A stretch of 36,407 bases of DNA from an uncultured Ruminococcus sp. (GTDB taxonomy: Bacteria; Bacillota; Clostridia; Oscillospirales; CAG-272). The position numbers and the translations under genes were made by a program. The number at the start of each line of letters is the position of its first letter. Position 1 is the stretch's first letter. The stretch spans positions 1 through 36,407 of the forward strand of contig CACZOH010000030.1 in NCBI GenBank assembly GCA_902782785.1, written 5' to 3'. Below the pieces are notes generated by a model. It made no database searches. It was given only the letters and a program-made list of their open reading frames with translations, and was not told the origin of the DNA. Shown one piece after another: positions 1-8,852 of this stretch.

Positions 1-186
1 AATTATATTGCTTAATACCATTTCTCCCGTACGGTTACGGATGGAATTCATTTGCTGAACGTAGTCAAGTTGATCGCGTCATTTGAATGCCTCGTAAATG
101 TTATCGTCATTTTCCGTTTGCAGTAACCTCCGAATTGGTTTTTGATTTCACTACGATCCATCCGCACCAAACCCGTAAACAAACCG

Positions 187-234
187 CGAGGGACACCTGC
201 TCTATCGCAAGTGTCCCTCGGGCGAGTTTTTTTT
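187..234. terminator. Putative bidirectional intrinsic terminator closing the minus-strand yab/divIC operon
   Basis: Inverted repeat cgagggacac (187-196) / gtgtccctcg (211-220), extendable into the loop with one mismatch. It is followed by T8 (227-234) on the + strand and by a T-rich stretch (ggtttgtttacgggttt) on the - strand. It lies directly after the stop codon of the 233-571 ORF. Confidence 0.55.
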
Positions 235-571
235 ACGCTCTTTTTTCATCCGTTAACGGCTTGTCCCAGTATATCAGACCGCCGACACGTTTTGCAAGCG
301 CGTCCGCGGTTTCCATAAGAGATTTTAAGTACGCTTCTTCCCTTTTCTTTGAGCGCCGTCCTTTGCCTGAATATACGGTTTCCGAATAACAGGCGTCGTA
401 TGATATTGCAAAATCCTCCTCGTTCCTGTGCGGGAAAAAGCTTACGGAGATTTCATATTCTATCATACCGTTGTTCGTTTCGGCAGTCAGCTTTACCGAT
501 ACGCCGTGTCTTTCCGTGTGGTAGTATAAATAACCCTTATAATACCTTTGATATACGTCTGTCGTTTTCAT
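233..571 (-). CDS. Hypothetical protein, 112 aa, no recognisable motif
   Basis: Intact ORF 19 nt downstream of the GNAT gene on the same strand, followed by a hairpin terminator. I recognise no family signature. Confidence 0.5.
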   Translation of the reverse strand: MKTTDVYQRYYKGYLYYHTERHGVSVKLTAETNNGMIEYEISVSFFPHRNEEDFAISYDACYSETVYSGKGRRSKKREEAYLKSLMETADALAKRVGGLIYWDKPLTDEKRA

Positions 572-590
572 AACTTCTCAATAAACCTTA

Positions 591-1043
591 TTATTCGTTC
601 AATGCGGCGCCGTTTTCTTTTTCCATTATATATCTTGTCCCAAGGTCCTTTACGGGCTTGAAGCCGTGTTTTATATACATATTGAGTGCGACCGTGTTCT
701 TTTTGAATACGTACAGATATACTGTCTTGTCGACATCGGATAAGCATTTTTCAAGCACGTACGTTCCTATACCCTGACCTCTTTTGTCTTCCGATATATA
801 AAAATCGTCAAGCTCATATTTTTCGCCGTCGGGACGGAAACAAAAATAGCCGCAAAGCTCGCCGTCTTTATATATCCGCGTATACTCAGATATAGTCTTT
901 TCTATCTTTCTTTTTACCCAGTCCATTGCCTTTTCGTAGTCGAAAGACGATATATCTTCGTATTTGTCAACGGTTTCTTTGCAAAATCCGTATATTACGG
1001 GCGCGTCCGACGGCAGCGCCCTGCCGAATGTGATCCCTTTCAT
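591..1043 (-). CDS. GNAT family N-acetyltransferase
   Basis: 150 aa with the acetyl-CoA pocket motif R-G-Q-G-I-G (RGQGIGTYVLE) in the expected position. Size is typical of a single GNAT domain. Confidence 0.8.
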   Translation of the reverse strand: MKGITFGRALPSDAPVIYGFCKETVDKYEDISSFDYEKAMDWVKRKIEKTISEYTRIYKDGELCGYFCFRPDGEKYELDDFYISEDKRGQGIGTYVLEKCLSDVDKTVYLYVFKKNTVALNMYIKHGFKPVKDLGTRYIMEKENGAALNE

Positions 1044-1053
1044 TTTTCGATCC

Positions 1054-1332
1054 TCATTTATTCAGATTATTGTAGTATATTATCTCATCCGGCATTCTGT
1101 AGCCAAGCTCTTCTCTCGCTATTTTGATAATGTATTCGTCGTCGAACTCGGCGTTTACGTCTTCAAGCAATTTTTCAAGCTCAAGCTGTTCCTTCTCGAC
1201 CTCGGCTTTCAGCCTGTCGCGCTTTTTCGTAAGATCGTTATACCGCAAGCTTAAAGACATGACACCTATCACGAATATGAGCGACAAGAGCGCCAGGCTT
1301 ATTTTGACGAATACGGAAGACTGCGATTTCAT
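1054..1332 (-). CDS. divIC: Septum formation initiator, FtsB/DivIC family
   Basis: 92 aa with an N-terminal TM helix, a coiled-coil (KKRDRLKAEVEKEQLELEKL) and a C-terminal IAREELGY segment. It follows yabP-yabQ as in Bacillus. Confidence 0.8.
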   Translation of the reverse strand: MKSQSSVFVKISLALLSLIFVIGVMSLSLRYNDLTKKRDRLKAEVEKEQLELEKLLEDVNAEFDDEYIIKIAREELGYRMPDEIIYYNNLNK

Positions 1333-1334
1333 TT

Positions 1335-1817
1335 TTACCTCCGGACGAAGGACGTCCTTATTTTACTTATAATATATAATTTTACCTTTTTATTCTCTCT
1401 GATGCCGTAAAGCGGACGCAGCAGATTTTTTATGCCTTTATATATAAATACAGATAAGGCGTGTACAGGCAGTGCGGCGGCTGCCGACGCTTTGAGAAGA
1501 AGCCTGCCGAGCGATATGTGATACAACGCCGTTCCCGCAAACGAGGACGCTATCATAAAATACCGGATCACTCCCTCGTTTGCCGCGTATATGAATAAAA
1601 CTACTGCGGCTGTATATACGACCGACTGCGATATATCTGAAACCATGTTGTAAACAAACGGAAAGACGCGCTTTTTGCCGCGCAGTATAAAAACCTGCTT
1701 AACGATCTCAAAGGGAAACCTTATCAGCCCGAAGAGCAAACCGAGAACGGCTCCCAAAGCAAGCGAATACAGAAGCAGAAGTCCCTGTCTCTCCGGTGAG
1801 GTAAACACGGCATCCAT
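1335..1817 (-). CDS. yabQ: Spore cortex biosynthesis membrane protein YabQ-like
   Basis: 160 aa polytopic membrane protein. Its start overlaps the yabP stop by 1 nt (TAATG). The call rests on position between yabP and divIC. Confidence 0.7.
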   Translation of the reverse strand: MDAVFTSPERQGLLLLYSLALGAVLGLLFGLIRFPFEIVKQVFILRGKKRVFPFVYNMVSDISQSVVYTAAVVLFIYAANEGVIRYFMIASSFAGTALYHISLGRLLLKASAAAALPVHALSVFIYKGIKNLLRPLYGIRENKKVKLYIISKIRTSFVRR

Positions 1818-2095
1818 TATCTTTTGCCGAACATACGCTTAAGCCACCCGTCCTCGCTTCCGGCTGTCTTTGACGGGTAAAAGGCTGCGTTGATGCTTCC
1901 TGTCACAACTATTATGCCGTTTTCTCTGTCAAAGCTATCTATTACAAGATTTACGCCCGCTACCGCAAGACAACCGAGCTCCGTCGATATGACGGCTTCG
2001 TTTTCATTGAAGCCGATTATTCCCGAAGCGCCCGTTATCTCCGCTCTTTTTCTGTTTGTTATTTTTATTTCGCTTTCGTTCTGCATACGTATCAT
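1817..2095 (-). CDS. yabP: Sporulation protein YabP
   Basis: 92 aa. The pattern ITG..(I/V)..F.E......T..G.L.V.G..L.I..(F/L)D...G.(I/V).V.G is typical of YabP, and synteny agrees. A start at the second ATG (M4) is also possible. Confidence 0.8.
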   Translation of the reverse strand: MIRMQNESEIKITNRKRAEITGASGIIGFNENEAVISTELGCLAVAGVNLVIDSFDRENGIIVVTGSINAAFYPSKTAGSEDGWLKRMFGKR

Positions 2096-2138
2096 ACCTT
2101 TTTTTTTATTTTATGATATGATACGTTTTTTCCGTTTA

Positions 2139-2381
2139 TTACTCCAATACAGTATACATTTCCGAAGCGTCTGCTTTTGATACGTTATCGGAAACGTTTT
2201 TTATCTCGAATTTCAGTGTGCGCGAGCCGAAGCCGATCTCCACGATATCTCCGACCTTGACTTCATATGAAGCCTTTGCGACGCGTCCGTTGACTGTCAC
2301 GTGCGCGGCGTCGCACGCCTCGTTCGCTACCGTTCTTCTTTTTATAATTCTCGATACCTTTAAAAATTTATCCAACCTCAT
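2139..2381 (-). CDS. yabO: S4-domain RNA-binding protein (YabO/Hsp15-like)
   Basis: The sequence MRLDKFLKVSRIIKRRT... is a canonical S4 N-terminus. I chose the internal Met (residue 32 of the tracked ORF) because GAGG lies 9 nt upstream. The longer ORF would run 107 nt into mazG. Confidence 0.8.
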   Translation of the reverse strand: MRLDKFLKVSRIIKRRTVANEACDAAHVTVNGRVAKASYEVKVGDIVEIGFGSRTLKFEIKNVSDNVSKADASEMYTVLE

Positions 2382-3051
2382 ATATTTTTTCCTCTGTTTT
2401 CTTATAAAGCGCTTCTTCAGCGTTGATACCAGCCCGATCGGCGGCGGCGCAAACGGTGAAAAGCAGCTCTCCAAGCGTGTCGATATCGGATCTGTCCGTA
2501 AAATCCTTTAATCTTGCCTTAAGCGTTTTATTGTCACATACAACTGCGTGATCTGCTTTTCTCATTTTTTTAGCCGACTTCTGCGCTCTGTAAAGCGAAG
2601 GCAGGGCGCGGCTTATACCCGAAAGCTCCTCTTTTTCCGTCTTCTGACCTTTTGTTTCTTTTTTTATCTCGTTCCAGTTCTGCAAGACCTGCTCCGGCGT
2701 TTTTACGTCTTTGTATTTTTCCTCCGTTGAAAAGACGTGAGGGTGTCTGATTATCAGCTTTTTGCACAAGTCCGTTATAACGTCGTCGACCGTAAAATCG
2801 CCGTTTTCTTCGCTTATATCCGAATGAAAAACGACCTGCAGAAGCACGTCTCCGAGCTCCTCGCGAAGTATCACGGGATCATCTTTGTCAATACCCTCGA
2901 TCGCCTCGTACGCCTCCTCAAGAAAATCGTTTCTTATGGATTGATGCGTTTGCTCTATATCCCACGGACAGCCGCCCGGAGAGCGCAGGATGCGCATTAT
3001 CTTTCTTAAATCGTTAAAGTCGTACTTCTCTTTTCTTTCAAATTCCACCAT
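2368..3051 (-). CDS. mazG: MazG-type nucleoside triphosphate pyrophosphohydrolase (tandem MazG domains)
   Basis: 227 aa with two MazG-like EExxE/ELGD segments (LEEAYEAIEGI...ELGDVLLQVVFH and LGELLFTVCAAADRAGINAEEAL). It occupies the position of yabN in the yab cluster. Confidence 0.85.
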   Translation of the reverse strand: MVEFERKEKYDFNDLRKIMRILRSPGGCPWDIEQTHQSIRNDFLEEAYEAIEGIDKDDPVILREELGDVLLQVVFHSDISEENGDFTVDDVITDLCKKLIIRHPHVFSTEEKYKDVKTPEQVLQNWNEIKKETKGQKTEKEELSGISRALPSLYRAQKSAKKMRKADHAVVCDNKTLKARLKDFTDRSDIDTLGELLFTVCAAADRAGINAEEALYKKTEEKIYEVG

Positions 3052-3066
3052 TTTGTTTATCCTCTG

Positions 3067-4602
3067 TTATATACTTTTTTTAAGATACAGATACTCGGAA
3101 ATCCTAATGTATTTTGATACTTTTATTGCAAAAAGATATACCGAGCAGGTCATAATGACCGTCAATAAGGTCGATACCGTTTCCGTAAAGTAAATCACGG
3201 TAATTGAGTTTATTATATACGCTGATACGCCGCAGAGCGACGCGCAGAACGCAGGCTTTACCGCTTTTGCGAAATATGGCTTAATACCGCATTTTTTCTC
3301 AGATAAAACCGTATTAATAATAACGGCGGTGAGATAGCAAAGACACGTTCCGACAGGCACGGCGAGTCTGCCTATAAAATCGATCCGGAAAAGCAGAAGA
3401 ACGGATAAAAGCTTTACCGATACGCCGCATATCATGGAATAAAGAGGATAAGACGGTTTGCCGCACGATTGAAGCACGGTATCGGAAACGGCGAGCAATG
3501 CGCAAAGCACGACGGACGGAGAAAGAACGGTCAGCATCGGCGCGGCCAGCGCGGACGACTGCGCCGGAAACACCACGTTCAAAGCCTGATACGATAAAAC
3601 CCCCATTCCCACGGCGCAGGGCATGGAAATGAACAGCGCATATTTGTACGCTTTTGATACAAGCCCGTTCAACGCATCCGTGTTGTTTTTTGCGTAATAT
3701 GCGGACAGGGCGGGCAGTACGGCGCTCGTCAGCGGATATATGAATATCATCGGCAGATTAGCGTACGATAAACAAAGCGTCGTATAATTCCCGAATATCG
3801 CCGCCGCCTGAGCCTCCGTGTAACCGGACGCGATGAGACGCGACGGGACGATGAACACGTCCGTCAGAGCGGAAAGATTCATAACGGATGATGAAAGCGT
3901 AACGGGAAGCGCGGTCTTCAGAACGTCGGGCAGGACTTTTTCTTTACAGCTCTGTTTCTTATCCGTTCTTTTGTAAAAAAGCTTTACCGTTATGCAGAAC
4001 ACAGCCGATAAAAACGAGCCGCAGCTTATTCCGAACACGGCGTAAGCCGCCGTTATGAAAAGCCCGTTCCCGCAGCCCGATGAAAAGGCGGCGAACAAAA
4101 CGCCGAAAACCGCTTTACCAACGCCCTCAAGCGTCTGCGATACCGCAGTTACCCACATTATCCCGTGTCCCTGATAATAACCTCTTACGGCGGCTGACAC
4201 GCAGGATAAGAATACTGAAGGCGCTATTGCGGAAATGCAGATATACGCGTTATCTATCCCGGACGCCGCCGCTATCCCCTTGGAAAAAACGATCATCACA
4301 AGCGAGAAAAAGGCGCCTAACGATGAAAACGCTATAAACGATACGCGGAAAATACGCGCGCATTTGCCCTGATCGTTATACGCTTTCGCTTTTGCCACGC
4401 ATATCGATACGGCGACCGGAAGCCCCGCAGTGCATATGAGATAGAACCACGTGTAAATGTTATACGCTATATTGAAATAGCCCATCCCGGTATCGCCTAT
4501 TATATTCTGTACGGGGATCTTATATATCACTCCGGCGATCTTTACGATTATATTCGCCGCAAAAAGCACCGCGGCGCCCGAAAAAACGGAATACTTTTTC
4601 AT
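3067..4602 (-). CDS. MOP-superfamily polysaccharide/lipid-II flippase (SpoVB / YabM-like)
   Basis: 511 aa with about 14 hydrophobic helices. It sits upstream of mazG, as B. subtilis yabM does. Confidence 0.75.
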   Translation of the reverse strand: MKKYSVFSGAAVLFAANIIVKIAGVIYKIPVQNIIGDTGMGYFNIAYNIYTWFYLICTAGLPVAVSICVAKAKAYNDQGKCARIFRVSFIAFSSLGAFFSLVMIVFSKGIAAASGIDNAYICISAIAPSVFLSCVSAAVRGYYQGHGIMWVTAVSQTLEGVGKAVFGVLFAAFSSGCGNGLFITAAYAVFGISCGSFLSAVFCITVKLFYKRTDKKQSCKEKVLPDVLKTALPVTLSSSVMNLSALTDVFIVPSRLIASGYTEAQAAAIFGNYTTLCLSYANLPMIFIYPLTSAVLPALSAYYAKNNTDALNGLVSKAYKYALFISMPCAVGMGVLSYQALNVVFPAQSSALAAPMLTVLSPSVVLCALLAVSDTVLQSCGKPSYPLYSMICGVSVKLLSVLLLFRIDFIGRLAVPVGTCLCYLTAVIINTVLSEKKCGIKPYFAKAVKPAFCASLCGVSAYIINSITVIYFTETVSTLLTVIMTCSVYLFAIKVSKYIRISEYLYLKKSI

Positions 4603-4641
4603 TTTGTCACCTCTTTTACAAAATTCTATTCGGTGACAAAA
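4602..4641 (-). promoter_or_regulatory. 10-bp inverted repeat overlapping the SD and start codon of the flippase gene; possibly also the hemZ terminator
   Basis: ggtgacaaaa (4632-4641) is the reverse complement of ttttgtcacc (4602-4611), with a 20-nt loop. On the minus-strand RNA the 3' arm contains GGTGA of the AGAGGTGA SD region and the A of the ATG. Confidence 0.35.
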
Positions 4642-4652
4642 CGTAATATGTT

Positions 4653-6125
4653 TCAGCCGTAAAACGACAAAGCCGTATCCCGCAGTTTTTTGAATTCTTC
4701 TTCTCTGTTCTTTGCTAAATACTCATACGGATATTTCGGATTGAAAACGCGCTGTATCTTCTCCCCGCCGTCGCGCGTAAGCTTTGTTACGGCGCCCGCG
4801 CCCACGGCAAAAATGGTATGTACCTCCTCCATCATAAGGATGTTGTAGATGCATTCCGTTCCCTTTTTGCAAAAGCCCACGTTTTCAAGATTTCCCGCGG
4901 AGTTTTTCTGTCTGTACATATAATACGGTATATAATCGGCGTTCTTTGTTATGATCTGCGTATAGTCAACGCATTTTGCAAGATCTCTGTAATCCTCTGT
5001 AAACAGCTCGCCGCCCTCGGTAGTGAGAACCGAGCTTTTCTTTGCGGCAAGCGTGTGCGCCGTTATATTGTCAGGTGAAAGCTCCACTATTTTTTCTATG
5101 GTTTGGGAGTAAATACTGAAATTATCTCCCGGCAGACCTATGATCAAGTCTGTGTTTATGTGCGGGATACCGGATTGTACCGCCATATCGTACGCCTTGT
5201 AAAACTGCTTTGTCGTATGCATTCTCCCGACGTTTTGAAGTACCTGATCGCATAACGACTGCGGATTTACGGAAACTCGCGTTACGTTGTGATCCTTACA
5301 GATCTTAAGCTTTTCTTTCGTTATCGTGTCGGCTCTGCCCGCTTCTACGGTATATTCACGAAGAAGCTCCGTATCGAAATACATATCGATACAGGATAAA
5401 AGATCAGACAACTGCGCCTCGTCAAGCGTCGTTGGCGTACCGCCGCCGATATATACGGTAACGACGTTATAACCGCGTTCCTTTATAAGCGACGAAAGAA
5501 GTTTTATCTCCTCTTTCATCGCGGTGAGATAATCCGGTATAAGAGATAAAAGCTTTTTCGTCGTATAGCTCACAAACGAGCAATATGCGCATCTTGTGGG
5601 GCAGAACGGTATGGAAATATATAAGGAGCAATCCTTTTCCGTATAGTTTTTGATCACTTTTGATTCATATCTTGCTATATCCGTCGCCAGAATTGCCTTT
5701 TTGGGATATAACAGATAATCGGAACGCAGGGATTTTACAGTCTGCTCTTTCGTCATTCCCGCGTTTATCCTGTCAAAGGCGAGCTTTGTAGGGCGAACGC
5801 CGGTCAGTATCCCCCACGGAGGATTGTATTTACAGAACTCGGACGCGGCGGAAAAAAGCGCCTTGCTTGCGGCAATGCTTTTCGTATTCTGTTTGGGTAC
5901 GTTCTCCGTAAAATCCTCAGAATAGTATTTGAGCACCGTACGTTCGCCCATTGTGAGCGACGCTTCCGCGTAAGCCGTCTTCTCGCTTGACGATACCTTG
6001 ACTATCGCGACAGGAGTATCTGCGTTTATCGTTTCCGTATTTGAAAATTTAGCGCGCGGAAAAAAAAGCATACATACCGTCTGCAGATAATAACTGTTTA
6101 TGTCTCCCTCTGTTATAAGCTTCAT
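4653..6125 (-). CDS. hemZ: Radical SAM HemN-like protein (coproporphyrinogen dehydrogenase HemZ-type)
   Basis: 490 aa with a CxxxCxxC radical-SAM motif (CPTRCAYCSF) and a GGGTP glycine-rich SAM motif (YIGGGTPT). It has the long N-terminal extension typical of HemZ. Confidence 0.8.
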   Translation of the reverse strand: MKLITEGDINSYYLQTVCMLFFPRAKFSNTETINADTPVAIVKVSSSEKTAYAEASLTMGERTVLKYYSEDFTENVPKQNTKSIAASKALFSAASEFCKYNPPWGILTGVRPTKLAFDRINAGMTKEQTVKSLRSDYLLYPKKAILATDIARYESKVIKNYTEKDCSLYISIPFCPTRCAYCSFVSYTTKKLLSLIPDYLTAMKEEIKLLSSLIKERGYNVVTVYIGGGTPTTLDEAQLSDLLSCIDMYFDTELLREYTVEAGRADTITKEKLKICKDHNVTRVSVNPQSLCDQVLQNVGRMHTTKQFYKAYDMAVQSGIPHINTDLIIGLPGDNFSIYSQTIEKIVELSPDNITAHTLAAKKSSVLTTEGGELFTEDYRDLAKCVDYTQIITKNADYIPYYMYRQKNSAGNLENVGFCKKGTECIYNILMMEEVHTIFAVGAGAVTKLTRDGGEKIQRVFNPKYPYEYLAKNREEEFKKLRDTALSFYG

Positions 6126-6129
6126 ATCA

Positions 6130-6588
6130 TTACTTTTTCTTTTTCAGATCATTTGTGTCGAGCGTTATCGTAAACGGTCCGTCGTTTATCAGCTCGACCG
6201 TCATATGCTCGCCGAAAACGCCTGTTTCCGTGGCAGGCACGTACTGTTTTATATCGGCGACAAATCTGTCAAAATACTCCTTTGCTTTATCGGGCGAGGC
6301 GGCGGCAAAAAAATCGGGACGGTTGCCGTGTACGCAGTTCGCGGCAAGAGTGAACTGCGATATGACAAGCAATTCTCCTCCTACGTCGGACAGACTTCTG
6401 TTTATCTTACCGTTTTCATCCTCAAAAATCCTCAGCTTAGCCGTCTTGGCGGAAAGCGTTTTGATATCCTCTTCCGTATCCTCGTTCATAACGCATAATA
6501 AAACGAGAAAACCGGGTCCGCACTTTCCCGCAACCGCTCCGTTTACCGTGACGGAGGCTTTTTTTACTCTTTGTATAACGGCTCTCAT
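6130..6588 (-). CDS. dtd: D-aminoacyl-tRNA deacylase
   Basis: 152 aa with the N-terminus MRAVIQRVKKASVTV and SQFTL / NGPFT motifs. It lies immediately downstream of rel, as in most Firmicutes. Confidence 0.9.
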   Translation of the reverse strand: MRAVIQRVKKASVTVNGAVAGKCGPGFLVLLCVMNEDTEEDIKTLSAKTAKLRIFEDENGKINRSLSDVGGELLVISQFTLAANCVHGNRPDFFAAASPDKAKEYFDRFVADIKQYVPATETGVFGEHMTVELINDGPFTITLDTNDLKKKK

Positions 6589-6589
6589 A

Positions 6590-8839
6590 TCAGTTTCTGC
6601 TAACCTCCTCTACCGAACGGATGGAGCGCAGACGCGACATAATGGCGTCAAGATGCGAGGTGTTGCTGCAGGCGACCGTAACGTATACGACAGTTTCGTT
6701 TCCCGGATTCTGCTGCATATTCATTCCGAGAAGATTTACACGCATATCCGCAAGCGACGACGTTATATCCGCGATCACCGTGATGGACGTGCGGCAGATC
6801 ACGCGCAGCTGAGCCTCGAAGCCCGACGTTGACGGATATACCGTTTCTCTGTCCCATACTGCGGAAACGAGCCTTGACCTGCTCTCGTCGTTATCCTGGA
6901 GCGCAAGCACGTTTTTGCAGTCGCAGCGGTGTATCGACACGCCGAAGCCTTTTGTTACAAAACCGATTATATTGTCGCCGGGGATGGGACTGCAGCATTT
7001 TGCGAATTTTACGGTAACACCGTCTATACCGTCTATAATAACGCCGTTTTCGCTCTTTTTGTGCCTTGCCTTGTTCTGCTCCGTTATCTCGTCGACTGAC
7101 TGCGGTTTTATCTGCTGCAGATCGGGTCTTATCAGCTTGTCGAACTCGTCGCGCAGCTTGCCCGATATCTTCGATACGGTAAGTCCGCCGTAGCCGATGG
7201 CGTTGTAAACGTCCTCGACTTCGCTTATACCTATGCGTTTGGCGACGTTTCCGACTATCTCGTTCCTCTGCGCCTCGGTGTACGCCGTACCGTATTTTCT
7301 TAATTCTCTGTCTATTTCCGATTTGCCGACCGCGATGTTTTCCGGCTTCTGCTCTTTTTTGAACCACTGGCGGATCTTGTTTCTCGCCATGCTCGTTTTG
7401 ACTATATTCAGCCAGTCGCGGCTCGGTCCTTTGGAAGACTGCGTTGTAAGTATCTCAACGATCTCACCGGAAACAAGCACGTGATCTATCGGTACTATCA
7501 TGCCGTTGACCTTTGCGCCGACCATCTTGTTTCCGACTTCGGAGTGTATTGCGTAAGCAAAATCTATGACCGTGGAGCCCTGCGGGAGCGAGCGCACCTC
7601 GCCTTTAGGCGTAAACGTAAAGACCTCCTCCTGGAAAATGTCGATCTTCAGGGCGTTCAGAAACTCATCGGGATCGCGCGTGTCCTTACCTTCCTCGACA
7701 AGCTCGGATATCCAGCGCAGGCGCTGATCCATTTCGTCGTTTGCCGTCGCTCCCGTCTTGTATTTCCAGTTCGCCGCTATACCGTATTCGGCGACGTGGT
7801 GCATCTCATAAGTTCTTATCTGGACCTCAAACGGAATACCGTCGCGCCCGATGACCGTAGTGTGAAGCGACCTGTAGCCGTTCGGCTTGGGCGTTGATAT
7901 ATAATCCTTGAAACGGCCGGGCATGGAATTGAACATCTCATGTATAAAGCCGAGCGCGGTATAGCAGTCAAGCTCCGTTTCGACAATAACCCTTATGGCA
8001 TAAAAGTCGTATATCTCGTCGAAGCTCTTGTTTCCGCGGTACATCTTTTTATATATGCTGTAAACGGACTTGACTCTGCCCTCAAGCGTGAATTTCATCC
8101 CGTTTTCTTCAAGCTTTTTGCGTATCTTTTCCTTTGCGCGCTCAAGGAAGTCCTTGTTCTGACCGTAACGCTTTTTTATGTCGTTTTCAACTTCCTCGTA
8201 TCCTATCGCGTCAAGATACTGCAAAGACAGCTTTTCAAGCTCCTGTTTGATCTTCTGCATACCGAGCCTGTGAGCGAGAGGCGCGTAAACGTACATCGTT
8301 TCAAGCGCTATCGTTCTTCTCTTTTCCTCGGGCTTTGCCATAAGCGTGCGCATATTGTGAAGTCTGTCGCAGAGCTTTATGAACGTGACTCGCACGTCCT
8401 TTGACATTGCAAGAAACATTTTGCGCAGGTTTTCTATATGAGCTTCCTCTTTGTCTTCAAACTGAAACGCCGCAAGCTTTGTCAGACCGTCGACGAGCTC
8501 CGCTACGTCCGCGCCGAATTTCTTCTGAATTATGGAAAGGTTCGTTTTATCGGCGCAGTCCTCCACCGTGTCGTGCAAAAGCGCAGCGCATACGGAGTCC
8601 GTGTCAAGCTCAAGCTCCGCGACGATAGTCGCTACCGCTATCGGATGCATTATGTATTTTTCGCCGCTTAAACGGAACTGTCCGTCGTGGCATTCATCCG
8701 CGTATTCAAAAGCGCGTTTGATCTTTTCAAAATCGTAATGCTTTCCCGTATTTATGAGTATGGTAAAAAGACCTCTCGCCTCGGCGGGATAATTGTTTAT
8801 ATCCGTGTAATCCGTTATTACGTTTTCGGTTTCGTTCAT
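6590..8839 (-). CDS. relA: Bifunctional (p)ppGpp synthetase/hydrolase (RelA/SpoT homologue)
   Basis: HD hydrolase motif (HPIAVA...LLHDTVED), synthetase motif (YRSLHTTV), and TGS and ACT regions. The start is set at MNETENV (8839), which has GAGG 8 nt upstream. The tracked 8935 start would overlap recJ by 83 nt. Confidence 0.9.
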   Translation of the reverse strand: MNETENVITDYTDINNYPAEARGLFTILINTGKHYDFEKIKRAFEYADECHDGQFRLSGEKYIMHPIAVATIVAELELDTDSVCAALLHDTVEDCADKTNLSIIQKKFGADVAELVDGLTKLAAFQFEDKEEAHIENLRKMFLAMSKDVRVTFIKLCDRLHNMRTLMAKPEEKRRTIALETMYVYAPLAHRLGMQKIKQELEKLSLQYLDAIGYEEVENDIKKRYGQNKDFLERAKEKIRKKLEENGMKFTLEGRVKSVYSIYKKMYRGNKSFDEIYDFYAIRVIVETELDCYTALGFIHEMFNSMPGRFKDYISTPKPNGYRSLHTTVIGRDGIPFEVQIRTYEMHHVAEYGIAANWKYKTGATANDEMDQRLRWISELVEEGKDTRDPDEFLNALKIDIFQEEVFTFTPKGEVRSLPQGSTVIDFAYAIHSEVGNKMVGAKVNGMIVPIDHVLVSGEIVEILTTQSSKGPSRDWLNIVKTSMARNKIRQWFKKEQKPENIAVGKSEIDRELRKYGTAYTEAQRNEIVGNVAKRIGISEVEDVYNAIGYGGLTVSKISGKLRDEFDKLIRPDLQQIKPQSVDEITEQNKARHKKSENGVIIDGIDGVTVKFAKCCSPIPGDNIIGFVTKGFGVSIHRCDCKNVLALQDNDESRSRLVSAVWDRETVYPSTSGFEAQLRVICRTSITVIADITSSLADMRVNLLGMNMQQNPGNETVVYVTVACSNTSHLDAIMSRLRSIRSVEEVSRN

Positions 8840-8852
8840 TTTATACCTCAGA

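Noticed and set aside
87-389. A 100-aa plus-strand ORF at the left edge.
   Set aside because: It runs through the terminator hairpin and then antisense into the 233-571 gene. It has no SD, and its composition is low-complexity and Ser/Phe/Arg-rich.
591-1043. The GNAT gene as a possible GNAT-family toxin (TacT/AtaT-like) with the 112-aa ORF as antitoxin.
   Set aside because: Antitoxins of those systems are encoded upstream and are RHH/DUF1778-type. Here the small gene is downstream and shows no such features that I can recognise, and the GNAT sits inside a housekeeping operon.
2382-2474. A 31-codon extension of the S4-domain ORF.
   Set aside because: It lies wholly inside mazG. MRLDKFLK is the canonical S4 start and has a GAGG SD.
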